Shown: positions 33,318 through 44,033, counted from the stretch's first letter. The stretch: DNA of 64,000 nucleotides from an uncultured Chloroflexia bacterium (GCA_963700285.1 CAVOXA010000006.1:128001-192000), one strand, 5' to 3'. Notes: a model not told the origin generated them from the sequence alone. A program made the numbers and translations.

Positions 33318-34629
33318 CTAGCCCTTGGCTTCCTTGACCGATTCCTCAAAGTAGGTCAATGTGTCGGCCACATCCTGTTCCGACAGCGCGGCGCACAGGA
33401 ACCAGGGCTCCTCACCGTCGGGCTCAGGCATCGCTCCCCGGACCACCATTCCGGCGACGACTTTATCGTACAGCTCGGAGTCGACGCGCTGCCAGGAACG
33501 AAAGTCGATCGGCTCTTCCTCGCCGAAGGAGATGCCAAACATCGCTGGGACGCCCAGCATACTGTGGGGGATGTCCTGGTCGGTCAGGATGCCGTGGATG
33601 CCCGTCATCAGCGCCTCGCCCCGGGCCTTGACCGTATCCAGTACCCCTACCTCGGCAATGATCTCCAGGGTGGCGTCAGCCGCGGCGGTGCCCACGACGT
33701 TGCCGCAGTAGGTGCCGCCGTGCGCGGTGCGGCCCGGCCCGACGCTGGCCATGACCTCCTTCTTGCCGCCAATGGCGGCGATGGGGTAGCCGTTGCCCAT
33801 GGCCTTGGCGTAGGTGGACCAGGTCGCCCTGGATGCCAAACAACTCCTGCGCGCCGCCGGGCGCGACCCGGAAGCCGGTCTTGACTTCGTCGATGATCAT
33901 GACGATGCCATACTCGTCGCAGAGCTCGCGGATCAGCTCCAGCCAGCCCGGCTGGGGCATGATGCCGCCCAGGTTGCCCATGATCGGCTCGACGATGATG
34001 GCCGCCACGTCGCCCCACGCCTGCCTGACCGTGCGCTCCAGCGTCTCAAGGTCGTTGTAGGGCAGCGAGATCACCAGCTCCTGGATGACCCTGGGAATGC
34101 CTGAGGTCATTGTCACCGGGATCGGGCTGCGGCTGTTGCCCATGGCCGAGACCGGCGAGGAGGCGGTGGAAAAGAGCATATAGTCGTACATGCCGTGGTA
34201 CTGGCCCTCGAATTTGATGATCTTTTCCCGGCCCGTGTGGCTACGGGCGATGCGCAGGGCGTGCATGGTCGCCTCGGTGCCCGAGTTGGCATAGCGTACC
34301 ATGTCCACGCCGGGGCACATGGCCACGATCCGCTCGGCGACCTTGACCTCCAGCTCGTGCGTGAGGGCAAAGACCGTGCCGCTGTTGATCGCCTCGGCCA
34401 CACGCTCGACGACGGTCGGGTGGCCGTGCCCCAGGATGACCGGACCATAGCCCAGCCGGTAGTCGATGTAGCGGTTGCCGTCGAAATCCCAGATGTAGGT
34501 CCCCTGGGCACGGGCCACCCCGATATTCTTCCCTTCGCCATAGTAGCGAAAGTTCGAGGTTACGCCAAAGGGCATCACCTTTTCGGCGCGCTTTTGAAAA
34601 GCATTGTTCTTTTCCATACTGTACGTCAT
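33318..34629 (-). CDS. Class III aminotransferase, glutamate-1-semialdehyde aminomutase-like (one frameshift near 33815)
   Basis: NSGTEATM, FEGQYHG, IIDEVKTGFR and YAKAMGNGYPI. Confidence 0.85.
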
Positions 34630-34731
34630 GTTTTCCTCCCTAGTCTTGGTCCAGTTTTCATTGCGTGCGTCAGCTTGTCTTACTCTCGGGCTTGCAAAGT
34701 CTCGGAAGGCTTTGGAAGTCTAGATCCGAGG

Positions 34732-35595
34732 TCACGGAATGTCAACATCTGAGACCGGCCTGACAAGGCGCCCGTAGGTGTCGGGTCGCCTGCGCCGGTA
34801 AAACCCGAATGTACTCCGCCAGCGATGCAAGAGGTCCGCATCGAGGTCAGCCACAATGACTTCGGTCTGGTCCCGGCTGGCTTGAGCCAGGATCTTGCCC
34901 ATGGGATTGCAGATGAAACTGCTGCCATAAAACGTCACGGCCTCCTCGCCAGTTCGGTTGGCGGCCGCGACGTAGACCTGGCTGGTGACGGCCTGCCCGC
35001 ACATGGCTGTCCGCCAGGCTTCCATCGAGTCCATCTCTGGCTGGCCCGGCTCGGAACCGATGGCCGTGGGATAGAAAATAAACTCGGCGCCGTTCAGGGC
35101 GCAGATCCTCGACACCTCGGGGAACCATTGGTCGTAGCAGGTGGGCGCCGAGAGCTTGACCTTGCCCAGGTCGTGGACCGGGTACTCGCCGGCCCCAGAA
35201 AAGTAGTAGGTTTCACGGTATCCCTCGCCGTCTGGGATATGCACCTTGCGGCTGGAACCCGCCAGCGCCCCCCGGGAATCATGGAGTGTGGCCGTGTCGT
35301 AATAGCAGCCATCCGCCGCTTTCTCAAAGATGCTGCCCACCAGCCACAGCTCGTGGTCCCTGGCCAGCGCACCCAGGAACCTGTCCGATGGCCCACCGCG
35401 CAGGGGTTCCGCCCAGGTAAAGCCCGCGTCATCCATGGCGCTGGCAAAATAGGGCGAGAGGGTGAATTCTTGGAGGCAAACCAGCTCAGCGCCGCGGCCG
35501 GCCGCCTGGCCCACCAGGTCGCGATAGGTATCCATCATCGCCGTCCGGTCACCCGGCCAGTGCGTCTGCGCGACGGCAACCCGTATGGTCTCCAC
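34732..35595 (-). CDS. Carbon-nitrogen hydrolase (N-carbamoylputrescine amidase / ureidopropionase-like)
   Basis: E-K-C triad: CLQEF, RKVHIP and CYDQWFPE; YPTAIGSEP. Confidence 0.88.
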   Translation of the reverse strand: METIRVAVAQTHWPGDRTAMMDTYRDLVGQAAGRGAELVCLQEFTLSPYFASAMDDAGFTWAEPLRGGPSDRFLGALARDHELWLVGSIFEKAADGCYYDTATLHDSRGALAGSSRKVHIPDGEGYRETYYFSGAGEYPVHDLGKVKLSAPTCYDQWFPEVSRICALNGAEFIFYPTAIGSEPGQPEMDSMEAWRTAMCGQAVTSQVYVAAANRTGEEAVTFYGSSFICNPMGKILAQASRDQTEVIVADLDADLLHRWRSTFGFYRRRRPDTYGRLVRPVSDVDIP

Positions 35596-35685
35596 ATACC
35601 CTCCCTTGAAGCTCGTCCCCTAGACCCCGGAGGTTGCGAACCAATCGGTTCGTCGAAAACCCCCGAGGTCCATCCCTTCAACCAG

Positions 35686-36264
35686 CTAGGCCCCGGCCGC
35701 CAGCTTCCGGCCAAGCTCGTAGGCCTTGGCCATCAGATCCCTGTTTTCCGCAACCGCGCCTTCGCCGGAGGCGTAGCCGTAGACCATGCCCACGATCTCT
35801 GCCGGGATATAGTTGAAGGTGTCCTGGAACATGCGTATGGCATTGATGGCCCCCGAATCAAAAGGATCGTCGCCGCCGTAGGTCAGAATCACGCCGACCT
35901 TCTTGCCCGCCAGGCCATGCTCTTTGACCGTATCCCCTCCCAACGCGTAGCAGCGATCCATGAAGGCCTTGAGCTGGGCCGTGATCGTGAACCAGTAGAT
36001 GGGGCTGGCATAGACGATGCCGTCGGCGTCACGGATGATGGGATAGAGGAGCTGCATGTCATCCTCGATGACACATCGAGCATCCGACGATCCGCGGCAG
36101 ACTTCGCAGGCGTCACAGGGCCTGATGTCCATCCCATGCAGGTAGTAGCTCTCGACCTGCGCGCCGGCTGACTCGGCGCCCGCGGCTACCTGGCCGGCCA
36201 GCATCGCGCTGTTGCCAATCTCTCTGGGACTCCCCTTCACGATCAAGACTTTGGGTTTTGACAT
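35686..36264 (-). CDS. Iron-sulfur flavoprotein / NADPH-dependent FMN reductase family
   Basis: GSPR..GNS, PCDACEVC......RC and ASPIYW..QLKAFMDR. Confidence 0.85.
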   Translation of the reverse strand: MSKPKVLIVKGSPREIGNSAMLAGQVAAGAESAGAQVESYYLHGMDIRPCDACEVCRGSSDARCVIEDDMQLLYPIIRDADGIVYASPIYWFTITAQLKAFMDRCYALGGDTVKEHGLAGKKVGVILTYGGDDPFDSGAINAIRMFQDTFNYIPAEIVGMVYGYASGEGAVAENRDLMAKAYELGRKLAAGA

Positions 36265-36468
36265 TGATAAAATGCCTCCTTGACAAGTTTTTGGTCTCGC
36301 CGGGTTCAAAAGTCACCCCCGCTCTAGCCAGGTCCGTAAATTCTCCCCCGCCCTGGCCAGGTCCGTGACCTGGCGTACTGCGACAGAGTCGCAACCTGAC
36401 TGCCGGTCGCGGTGCGGCAGCGAGCAGGTGAGATTGTCTCCTGGTGACGAGCAGGCATCGTCGCCTGC

Positions 36469-37794
36469 TTAGGTACTGGCGGCCCCGGCCTCTCTGGCCG
36501 CGAGCCGATGCCTGGGTTCTTCCAGGGTCAGCGACAGCGCAATAGACACCAGTCCTGCCGCCAGGGCCACGAGGAACAGCGCCACAAAACCCAGGTTGTC
36601 CACGATGGCCGCTCCGACAGGCGACATGAAAAAGACCATGCCCAACACGCCATGGGCCACCCCGATGTACAGGACGCGCTCGATGGACGCCGTCTGCTCC
36701 AGCAAGTAGTTGGTCCCACCGATGACCCGGGCGCTGACCTGTATCCCCTGCAGGATAAAGACCAGGCCAAAGGCCATGGGCCTGGCCGGACCCAGGCCGG
36801 GAGCAAAGGCCACCAACAGGGCCGCGGCCGGTGTCAGCATGGCCGTCAGGGCGGCCAGGCGCATGACAAGCCGGTTGCCATGGCGGTCGCTGATCCGGGC
36901 AAAGACCAGGTTCGACAGCACGCCGGCCAGCGTCATGCCCAGCAGGTAGGTGCCGACCATGTTCTCTGGCGCATCCAGCACCCGCCGGGCATAGACCGCA
37001 TAGAAGGGCAGGGCCAGCGCCGCCACGACGATGGCCACCCGCGTTCCCAGATAGCGGCCAAAATTGCCGTCCCGGAAAGGGAGCTTGACCGCACGCCGGA
37101 CCTGCTCCCTGAGCGCGACCCCCCGGGTATCCACTGCCTCCGCCGGCTCGACAACCAGGCCAAAGGAGATGACCTGCATGGTCGTGACCGCGGTCCCCAG
37201 GACGATGAGCCAGCCATAGTTGTCAGGGAAGCTCAGTCCCGAGTCCGCAGACAGGATGGCCCTGACCACAAAGCCAGCCCCAATCCCAAACAGGCCACCG
37301 GCGAAGCGGCGCCAGCCAAAATACTGGCCTCGCCGCCCAGGCGGTATCGTCTTGGCCACGATGTTCATAAAAGGCAGGGCCGCAACGCCGCCCATCAGGG
37401 CATTGATGCTAAAGAACAACAGAAAGGCTACGATCAGCACGCGTGGATCGGTGATGGTGAAAGCCGATACGGCCAGCAGGCCAAGGGCCACGACCCGGAT
37501 CCCCCCTGTGATCCGGTAGAGCGGCATGGTGAGCGGCTTGCGTTCCACATAGCCCGACAGCAAAAGCTGCAAAAAGTACCAGCTCCCCATCTCAATGGGT
37601 ATCAGCAAGCTGATGAGCAGGTTCGAGTCGGTCAGCTCGGTCAAGAACCAGGTCATCACCAACTCGGTGCTGAGAAAGACGACGTAGAGGTTGTAGCCAA
37701 TGCCGCTGACGACGCCCAGCCAAAAGTTGCGCTGCAGATGCTCCGTAACCGCTGGTACGCCCAGCGGCCTCACCGGCTGCGTAGAGACTTTCAT
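36469..37794 (-). CDS. MFS transporter
   Basis: About 12 TM segments; IPPGRRGQYFG and RISDRHGNR. Confidence 0.8.
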   Translation of the reverse strand: MKVSTQPVRPLGVPAVTEHLQRNFWLGVVSGIGYNLYVVFLSTELVMTWFLTELTDSNLLISLLIPIEMGSWYFLQLLLSGYVERKPLTMPLYRITGGIRVVALGLLAVSAFTITDPRVLIVAFLLFFSINALMGGVAALPFMNIVAKTIPPGRRGQYFGWRRFAGGLFGIGAGFVVRAILSADSGLSFPDNYGWLIVLGTAVTTMQVISFGLVVEPAEAVDTRGVALREQVRRAVKLPFRDGNFGRYLGTRVAIVVAALALPFYAVYARRVLDAPENMVGTYLLGMTLAGVLSNLVFARISDRHGNRLVMRLAALTAMLTPAAALLVAFAPGLGPARPMAFGLVFILQGIQVSARVIGGTNYLLEQTASIERVLYIGVAHGVLGMVFFMSPVGAAIVDNLGFVALFLVALAAGLVSIALSLTLEEPRHRLAAREAGAAST

Positions 37795-37832
37795 GTTACG
37801 CCCCCGGCCCTGAGGACCTGGCCCCGGCCAGA

Positions 37833-39377
37833 TCAACTAGACAGTTTGTAGACAACCTTGCCTCCGATGACCGTCATCTCGACGGGAATCTCTACGATGC
37901 GGTCCGGCTCGACGGCAAAGGGGTCTCTGGCCAGGACGACCAGATCTCCCAACTTGCCCGGTTCCAGCGAACCCTTTTCCGCTTCCTCAAAGGCGATGCG
38001 CGCCGCGTTGATGGTGTACAGCGCCAGGGCATCCTGGACGCCGATCCGCTCCGCGGGATTGGAATGGTTGACCGCCGCGTGCACCCCGATCATGGGCCCC
38101 AAAGGCGTGACCGTGCTGTCGGAGCCACCGGCCAGCAATAGGCCCGGGCGCAACAGGCTGCGCACGGGGTCGGCCTTCGAGGCCCGCTCCTCACCCAGGG
38201 TCGGGACATACTCGTCGTGGGGCCAGTAATAGTTAAAGGGCGGCTGGATGGCCAGCGCCACGCCCAGGCGCTGGGCGCGTTGGATCTGCTCCTCGCGGAT
38301 CACCTCGCAGTGCTCGATGCGATGGCGGTGGTCCTCGCGGGGTGAATCGGTCAGGGCCGCCTCATAGGCATCCAGGGCCTGCTCCACCGCGGCATCGCCG
38401 ACGGCGTGCATGGCCACCTGCAGGCCGGCCTTGTGCGCCTTGAGCACAAAGGCGTCGATCTGCTCCTGGCTGTAATAGAGCGTGCCGCAGCTACCAGGCT
38501 GGTCCACGTAGGGCTCGGACAGGGCCGCGGTATGAGGGCCCACGTCGCCATCCAGGAGGATACAACCACCAATGCGGGGCAGGTCCAGGCCCAGCACGCG
38601 ATCCACGTCGAGGATCTGAAAGTAGAGCACAAAGCGCAGGGGAAGCTCGGGAATGGCCTCCAGAAGCCGCTCCACGGCGGCATTGTCGCTGATGGAGCCA
38701 CCTTCCAGCGCGTGTAGCGTGGTGATGCCGACTGAATGGGCTTTCTCGATGGCGCCGGCGACCAGCTCGCCGGCCCTTTCATCGGCGCCAAACAGTTTCC
38801 CAAAGTGGTCCATTGCCCGGGTATTGGCCGCATCCGCCAGCAGGCCAAGGGGCTTGCCATTCGCATCGGCCATCACACCCGGTGTGCCCTCGGCCAACGC
38901 CAGCGACTCCAGGGCAAGGCTGTTGACGGCCGAACTGTGGCCGGTGATACCGGTCAGGTAGACCGGATTCTCCGGGGCCGCCGCGTCCAGCGCCTCGATG
39001 ATGGGGCCGTGCGTCGCGGTGTCCAGGGCGTACTCGCTGTAGCCCATGCCAAAGATCAGATCCCCCGGCGCGGCCACGGCCGCCGCCTGGCGAACGATGT
39101 CCTGCAGCGCCTCGTGGTCGTCGGCGCCGCTGGCGTCCAGCGCCGCCAGGCTCAGGGCTGTCCACAGGAAATGGGCGTGGGTGTCGATCAGGCCGGGCAG
39201 CACCGTCTTGCCCGCCAGATCCAGCACGGCCAGATCCCGGGCAGCGGGCGCCACGTCTTCCCAGGCTCCCAGTGCAGCAATTCGCCCTCCGCGCACGACC
39301 AGGGCATCGGCCCGGGGCTGGTCCGGGTTCATGGTGATGATGTTGGCGTTGCGTATTGCAAGATCGCTTTGGAACAT
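37833..39377 (-). CDS. Amidohydrolase_3 (YtcJ/NfdA-like) metallo-amidohydrolase
   Basis: PGLIDTHAH, MHAVGD, HRIEH, GGSD and GSLEPGKLGD. Confidence 0.88.
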   Translation of the reverse strand: MFQSDLAIRNANIITMNPDQPRADALVVRGGRIAALGAWEDVAPAARDLAVLDLAGKTVLPGLIDTHAHFLWTALSLAALDASGADDHEALQDIVRQAAAVAAPGDLIFGMGYSEYALDTATHGPIIEALDAAAPENPVYLTGITGHSSAVNSLALESLALAEGTPGVMADANGKPLGLLADAANTRAMDHFGKLFGADERAGELVAGAIEKAHSVGITTLHALEGGSISDNAAVERLLEAIPELPLRFVLYFQILDVDRVLGLDLPRIGGCILLDGDVGPHTAALSEPYVDQPGSCGTLYYSQEQIDAFVLKAHKAGLQVAMHAVGDAAVEQALDAYEAALTDSPREDHRHRIEHCEVIREEQIQRAQRLGVALAIQPPFNYYWPHDEYVPTLGEERASKADPVRSLLRPGLLLAGGSDSTVTPLGPMIGVHAAVNHSNPAERIGVQDALALYTINAARIAFEEAEKGSLEPGKLGDLVVLARDPFAVEPDRIVEIPVEMTVIGGKVVYKLSS

Positions 39378-39494
39378 GGTTCCTCCCCAGACGTCAGTAT
39401 ATCCAGACTCGCTCTAGCCTGGCTCTAAACCGTCTCCAGACCTCGGAGGCAACGAACCTTCGGTCCGTTGAAAACCCGCGAGGTCAGACTGGTG

Positions 39495-39770
39495 TTAGCC
39501 CCAGCGGTAGCGGACGCCGTAGCCACCGCGTGGATAGCGCCAGGTGATGGCCTCCCGGTCGCAGACGACTTTGCACGTGCCGCACTCCAGGCAGCCTTCG
39601 CAGTTAAAGACCATCTGGCCCCCCTCCCAGATAAAGAGCCGGGCAGGGCACGACACGATGCAGGGCCGCACGGCACACTGGGTGCAGAGTTCGGCCTGAA
39701 GGACGATATGTGGCTCCGGATCGGCATTGAAGGCCAGCGTTGCCAGTTTCAGGTCCAGTTGGTTTTCCAT
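39495..39770 (-). CDS. fixX: Ferredoxin-like protein FixX
   Basis: PCIVSCPA, GCLECGTC and WRYPRGGYGV. Confidence 0.85.
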   Translation of the reverse strand: MENQLDLKLATLAFNADPEPHIVLQAELCTQCAVRPCIVSCPARLFIWEGGQMVFNCEGCLECGTCKVVCDREAITWRYPRGGYGVRYRWG

Positions 39771-39772
39771 TG

Positions 39773-41137
39773 CTAGTCCCCTCCTGCGCCGCGCTTGCGT
39801 GCCTGCCTGCGCTGCCAGCGGCGGTTGTCGACCCAGGCAGCCAGCCCCAGCGGCCAGCGCAGGTACCAGGGATCCGCTGGCCTGACCAACTCATGGTATG
39901 CTTCGCTCAGGAGCGAGCGATCATAGGTCTGCCGTTCGGGCAGCCAGCCCTCATAGTAACGCTTGGCCAGGCGGACGATGCCCTTGGGGTTCCGCGACAG
40001 GAAGTCCGGACTGCGGCCGCGCTCGCTCCAATCCTCCCGCGCCTCGCGCTGCGTGTCGGCCAAACCCTCTTCTGCCAAATAGTCCTGATAGACGGCCAGA
40101 ACCGGCTTGCTGCTGTCTCCCTCCTCGCAGGCACGTTTCACGGCCCGGGCCGCGGCCACACCGCTGGCCATCGCCGGCCAGGAGCCAACTCCATCCACCG
40201 TCGTGAACCAACCGGCGTCACCGGCCAGCAACACACCATCGCCAAACAGCCTGTCCAGATTCCCAACACCGCCGTAGGGGATCAGGTGCGCCTGGTACTC
40301 GCGCAGGGTCGTCCCCTCCAGCAGCCGCGAAATGTAGGGGTGGTGCTCGCGCTCTGCCAGCACGTCATAGACCGGCACACCCGAGGCCTGCAGCGAGTCC
40401 AACTGGATCTCTACCGTAAAGGAGAGAGAATCCTGGTTGGTGTACAGCTCCGAATAATACATGCCACTGCTCTCCAACGCACCGGACGCCGTCCCGTAAA
40501 AGAGGCACAGGACCCCCTCGCCCGGGCGCAGGGCAAAGCGCTCCTCGATGCGCTCAGCAGGCAGGTCCAGTATCTCGCGCACGATGAGCGAGACGTTGTC
40601 TGGCTCAGCCTCCCGGCCCAGCCCGGCCTTTTCGGCCACGGTAGAGTTCACGCCGTCCGCCCCCACGACCACCCGCGCCCGCAGGTCGCCGCGTTGGGTA
40701 TGGACGCCGGCCACGCGGCCCTCCTCCCAGATCAGATCCTCGACCAGGGTCTCGGTGAACATCTCCGCGCCGGCCGCTTCCGCCTCGGCGGCGAACCAGG
40801 CATCGAATTTGGAGCGAAAGACGGTAAAGGGCGGATCAAGCTGGTCACCCCGGCTAAAGTCGCGTAGCGATGGCAGCCGCAGCAGCTCGTTCTCGCCGAG
40901 GACATACAGCTCGTAGCCGCCGGTGATGCAGCGCTCCAGGGGCGCCCGCCGGCGGTAGTCGGGGACCAAGGAGGCCAGCCTGAAGGTGGGCAGCACGCCG
41001 CTCATCACATTCTTTTCGCCGGGCACACGCCCCCGCTCCAACAGCACGACGTCCAGCCCGTCCCGCGCCATCTGCAGCGCGGCCGCCGAGCCGGCCGGGC
41101 CCGCGCCTACGACAATGCAGTCGTGGACATGCTCCAC
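39773..41137 (-). CDS. fixC: FixC-like FAD-dependent ETF oxidoreductase
   Basis: VGAGPAG, ERG..PGEKN, RSKFDAW, EYQAHLIP and LAGDAG. Confidence 0.8.
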   Translation of the reverse strand: MEHVHDCIVVGAGPAGSAAALQMARDGLDVVLLERGRVPGEKNVMSGVLPTFRLASLVPDYRRRAPLERCITGGYELYVLGENELLRLPSLRDFSRGDQLDPPFTVFRSKFDAWFAAEAEAAGAEMFTETLVEDLIWEEGRVAGVHTQRGDLRARVVVGADGVNSTVAEKAGLGREAEPDNVSLIVREILDLPAERIEERFALRPGEGVLCLFYGTASGALESSGMYYSELYTNQDSLSFTVEIQLDSLQASGVPVYDVLAEREHHPYISRLLEGTTLREYQAHLIPYGGVGNLDRLFGDGVLLAGDAGWFTTVDGVGSWPAMASGVAAARAVKRACEEGDSSKPVLAVYQDYLAEEGLADTQREAREDWSERGRSPDFLSRNPKGIVRLAKRYYEGWLPERQTYDRSLLSEAYHELVRPADPWYLRWPLGLAAWVDNRRWQRRQARKRGAGGD

Positions 41138-41140
41138 GGC

Positions 41141-42574
41141 CTAAGCCTCCTCGCCCGCCCGCTGCTGGATGCGGTCCAGCTCGCGCTCCGCGTCCTGGCC
41201 CAGGGGCAGGGGCTCGTGGGTCGCCAGGATCTCGTCGACCTTCTGGCGCATCTCCTCCAGGAGATGGGGCCGGCCGCTGGCCTCCCAGGCTTCAAAGGTA
41301 TCGTGCAGGCCGATCTGGGGCAAGTACCACTCGCCGCCGCGGATGCCGGCCACCGTGGAACGGTCGTCCAGAAAGCCACCGCCGGGGCCGATGCGCTGGA
41401 TCACCTCATCCAGCCACAGGCCATCTTTGACGTCGATGCCCTGCCGTGCCCGCTTGAACATGCAAAAGACCTCGGCGTCGATGAGCAACTGCTCCAGGCA
41501 GAGGATCATCGACCCGCCCAGCAGTCCGGGGCCGACCAGGATGTCGGGCCAGGAAAGGGCCGGCAGCATGCCGCCTGCAGCGCGCTCGTAGGCGGTTTGG
41601 ATGCCGGGCACGTGGTGGTCGGTGCCCATGCCCGAGGCCTCCACGGGCAGGCCATAATAGCGGCCCATCTCGGTCACCGCCGCCCCCAGCAGCGCGTGCT
41701 CGATGGCGCCGGCGCCGTAGCGGCCGGAGCGAGGGTCGATGACGGCCAGGGCCGGGGCATAGATCAAGGGCGTCCCCGGCGCCGCCGCCTGTAGCAGGCA
41801 GAGCATGGCCAGCACCTCGCAGTTGCCCACCACCGCGGTGGCGATCAGGCTGCCGGGGGCCGTGGCCCCCATGAGCGGCATGGGCATGACCGCCAGGGGG
41901 ATGTCCCAGCCCAGGAGCGACAGGTAGGCATCCGTATACGGTCCCTCGATGACCAGCGGCGACTGGGGGCAGAGTAGGAAGGACAGGGGGTGCTTTTCGC
42001 GCAGCGCCTGCCTGTCGCCAAAGATGACCTGCAGAACTTCCAGGAGCCAGGGCGCTTGCTCGGGGCTGGAAATACCGTCCTGTACGTGTTTGGAAAAGTT
42101 GCCGAAAAGGGCCCGCAGGTAGCCGACATAGTCGGCCATCGTCTCGCCGCGGTCGCTGGCCTCCAGCATGGCCCAATACAGGCCGACCTCGTCCACGGCG
42201 TCGATGAGCCGGGTTGCCTCCAGCCAGTCCTGCACCGTCCCCAGGCGGCGCTCGCCCGTGTTCCGGTCCAGGACAAACATCGCCTCGCCGTCCATGAGCA
42301 GCGTGCAGTCGCCGCCATTCATGAGCAGGTCCCAACCCGGCCGCCGGGCGCCCAGCGAGAACTCTTGTGGTGCCAGCCGCAGCGACTCTTCCACCAGCCG
42401 TCGTGGAAAGCGGACAATGCGGCTGCCCTCGTCCACCTCTGCCCCGGCGTTCTCGAGGTAGCGCCGCCCCTGGGCCGTGTCAACCCGCACCCCGGTCTTG
42501 GCCAGAATGTCCAGGCTATGCTCGTGGATCTGGTCGCGCTCCTCCTCTGAAAGCACCTGTACCAGCGTCTGCAT
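41141..42574 (-). CDS. MttB-superfamily methyltransferase 1 (non-pyrrolysine)
   Basis: IHEHSLDILAKTGV, GATAPGSL, GRYYGLP, EQLLID and GPGGGFL. Confidence 0.88.
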   Translation of the reverse strand: MQTLVQVLSEEERDQIHEHSLDILAKTGVRVDTAQGRRYLENAGAEVDEGSRIVRFPRRLVEESLRLAPQEFSLGARRPGWDLLMNGGDCTLLMDGEAMFVLDRNTGERRLGTVQDWLEATRLIDAVDEVGLYWAMLEASDRGETMADYVGYLRALFGNFSKHVQDGISSPEQAPWLLEVLQVIFGDRQALREKHPLSFLLCPQSPLVIEGPYTDAYLSLLGWDIPLAVMPMPLMGATAPGSLIATAVVGNCEVLAMLCLLQAAAPGTPLIYAPALAVIDPRSGRYGAGAIEHALLGAAVTEMGRYYGLPVEASGMGTDHHVPGIQTAYERAAGGMLPALSWPDILVGPGLLGGSMILCLEQLLIDAEVFCMFKRARQGIDVKDGLWLDEVIQRIGPGGGFLDDRSTVAGIRGGEWYLPQIGLHDTFEAWEASGRPHLLEEMRQKVDEILATHEPLPLGQDAERELDRIQQRAGEEA

Positions 42575-42584
42575 GTTTGCTCCT

Positions 42585-44033
42585 CTATTCGAACTCCCTG
42601 TCCGCCGCTCGCAGGATGCGGGCCAGCTCCGCCCTCTGTTCGTCCGGCAGCGGCTCGGGCTGATGGTTCGCCAGGATCCAATCGGTCTTCTCCCGGGCGA
42701 CCTCGATGGGGTCGCGAAAGCCCCCGCCCTCCTTGGGCTGGCCGCTCAGCTCCGACCACTCCAGCTCGCGGAACTTTTGGCGGGTGTGCTCCTGGAACAA
42801 AAAGTGCCCCCGAGGCCCCACGGCCTTGATGACGTCCAGGGCCATCGCCTCCCGGCTGGTGTCGAGGGCGGCCACCTCCGCGCGTACGGTGTGGTAGATC
42901 TCGGAATCCAGGACCAATGCCTCCGGCGTGAGCAGCGTACAGACCTCCCGCAGGCCCAGGCCGCTGGCGGTCTCTGCCCCACAGAGCGCGCACAGGAGCA
43001 TGCTGGAGGCGATGCCATGCGCCGACTCCCAACCCGAGGTCGCCGCCTCGGTGCCGGCGCCGGCCAGCGTGGGCACGCCCCACATGTGGGCCAGTTCTAC
43101 GCCGCCCGAGAAAAAGATGTCGGCCTGCCGGGCCGAGCCCACAAAGTCGCCGGTACGGGGATGCATGATGCCCGGCATCAACGAGTGGTAGGTCGGCGCG
43201 CCGGGATAGGCCATCTGAATGAGGACCATGGCGGCCACGATCTCGGCGTCGCCGATGACCATGGTGCCGGCGATGGTGGCCGGCGCTGTCAGGGCGGTGG
43301 CGGCCATGGACATGAAACCCACGGGCAGCCCTGCCTCGGCAAAGACCAGGGCCGACTCCATGCCCCCATCGTCCAGAACCAGGGGCGCGATGGTGCATAC
43401 CAGCAGCGACAATGGCGGTCGCTGGACCATGGTCGCCTCGTCACCGGCGATGACCCTGGCCATCTCGACGGCATAGCGCCCCATTCTGTCGCCCATGACC
43501 GTCTCGGACTGGACGTGCTTGATGGTGTTGTTGAAAGAGGCGTCGATCTCGTGCAAGGGCGCGGTACGCGGATGGTCCGTAGCGCTGACCATGGGCCAGT
43601 AGAAGGCTATCGACGACATATAGTCCGCCAGGCGCGCCGTCCTGGCCACGTCCTCCTTGACCGACTTGCGACGCTGGCCGGTCTGCAAGTCGATGGTCGT
43701 CAGCCCACAGCCGTCGGTCGCCATGTACATCGCCGTGCCATCCAGCACCAGGTCAAAGGCCGGAGAGCGCGCGCCCATGGTATAGTAGCGCGGCGCGTGG
43801 GACATGGCCTCCACCACGACCTCGGGTGGAATGCGAACGATCTGGCTGGCCTCGTCCACCATGGCCCCGTGCTCGGAATAGATCTTGCGTGCCTTGTCCG
43901 AAGGGCAGTGAACGCCCACCTCCTCCAGGATCTCGAGCGTCGCCGACTTGAAGTCGGACAACTGCTCGTCGGTCAGAATACGAAGGTGGAAGGCCGGTCT
44001 GATGGGCTGCAAAGGTGCAGTCTCAGTAATCAT
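42585..44033 (-). CDS. MttB-superfamily methyltransferase 2 (non-pyrrolysine)
   Basis: TLEILEEVGV, ATDGCG, KHVQSET, TAPATIAG, GPRGHFL and HQPEPL. Confidence 0.88.
   Translation of the reverse strand: MITETAPLQPIRPAFHLRILTDEQLSDFKSATLEILEEVGVHCPSDKARKIYSEHGAMVDEASQIVRIPPEVVVEAMSHAPRYYTMGARSPAFDLVLDGTAMYMATDGCGLTTIDLQTGQRRKSVKEDVARTARLADYMSSIAFYWPMVSATDHPRTAPLHEIDASFNNTIKHVQSETVMGDRMGRYAVEMARVIAGDEATMVQRPPLSLLVCTIAPLVLDDGGMESALVFAEAGLPVGFMSMAATALTAPATIAGTMVIGDAEIVAAMVLIQMAYPGAPTYHSLMPGIMHPRTGDFVGSARQADIFFSGGVELAHMWGVPTLAGAGTEAATSGWESAHGIASSMLLCALCGAETASGLGLREVCTLLTPEALVLDSEIYHTVRAEVAALDTSREAMALDVIKAVGPRGHFLFQEHTRQKFRELEWSELSGQPKEGGGFRDPIEVAREKTDWILANHQPEPLPDEQRAELARILRAADREFE

Noticed and set aside
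33318-34629. hemL (tetrapyrrole synthesis)
   Set aside because: GSA-like family motifs only; there are no hem genes nearby and the context is amine catabolism
36356-36374. Guanidine-II riboswitch (ACG-loop hairpins near guanidino genes)
   Set aside because: The loop is closed as C-ACG-G rather than G-ACGR-C, copies occur in both orientations, and they are not arranged as a close tandem pair at an RBS
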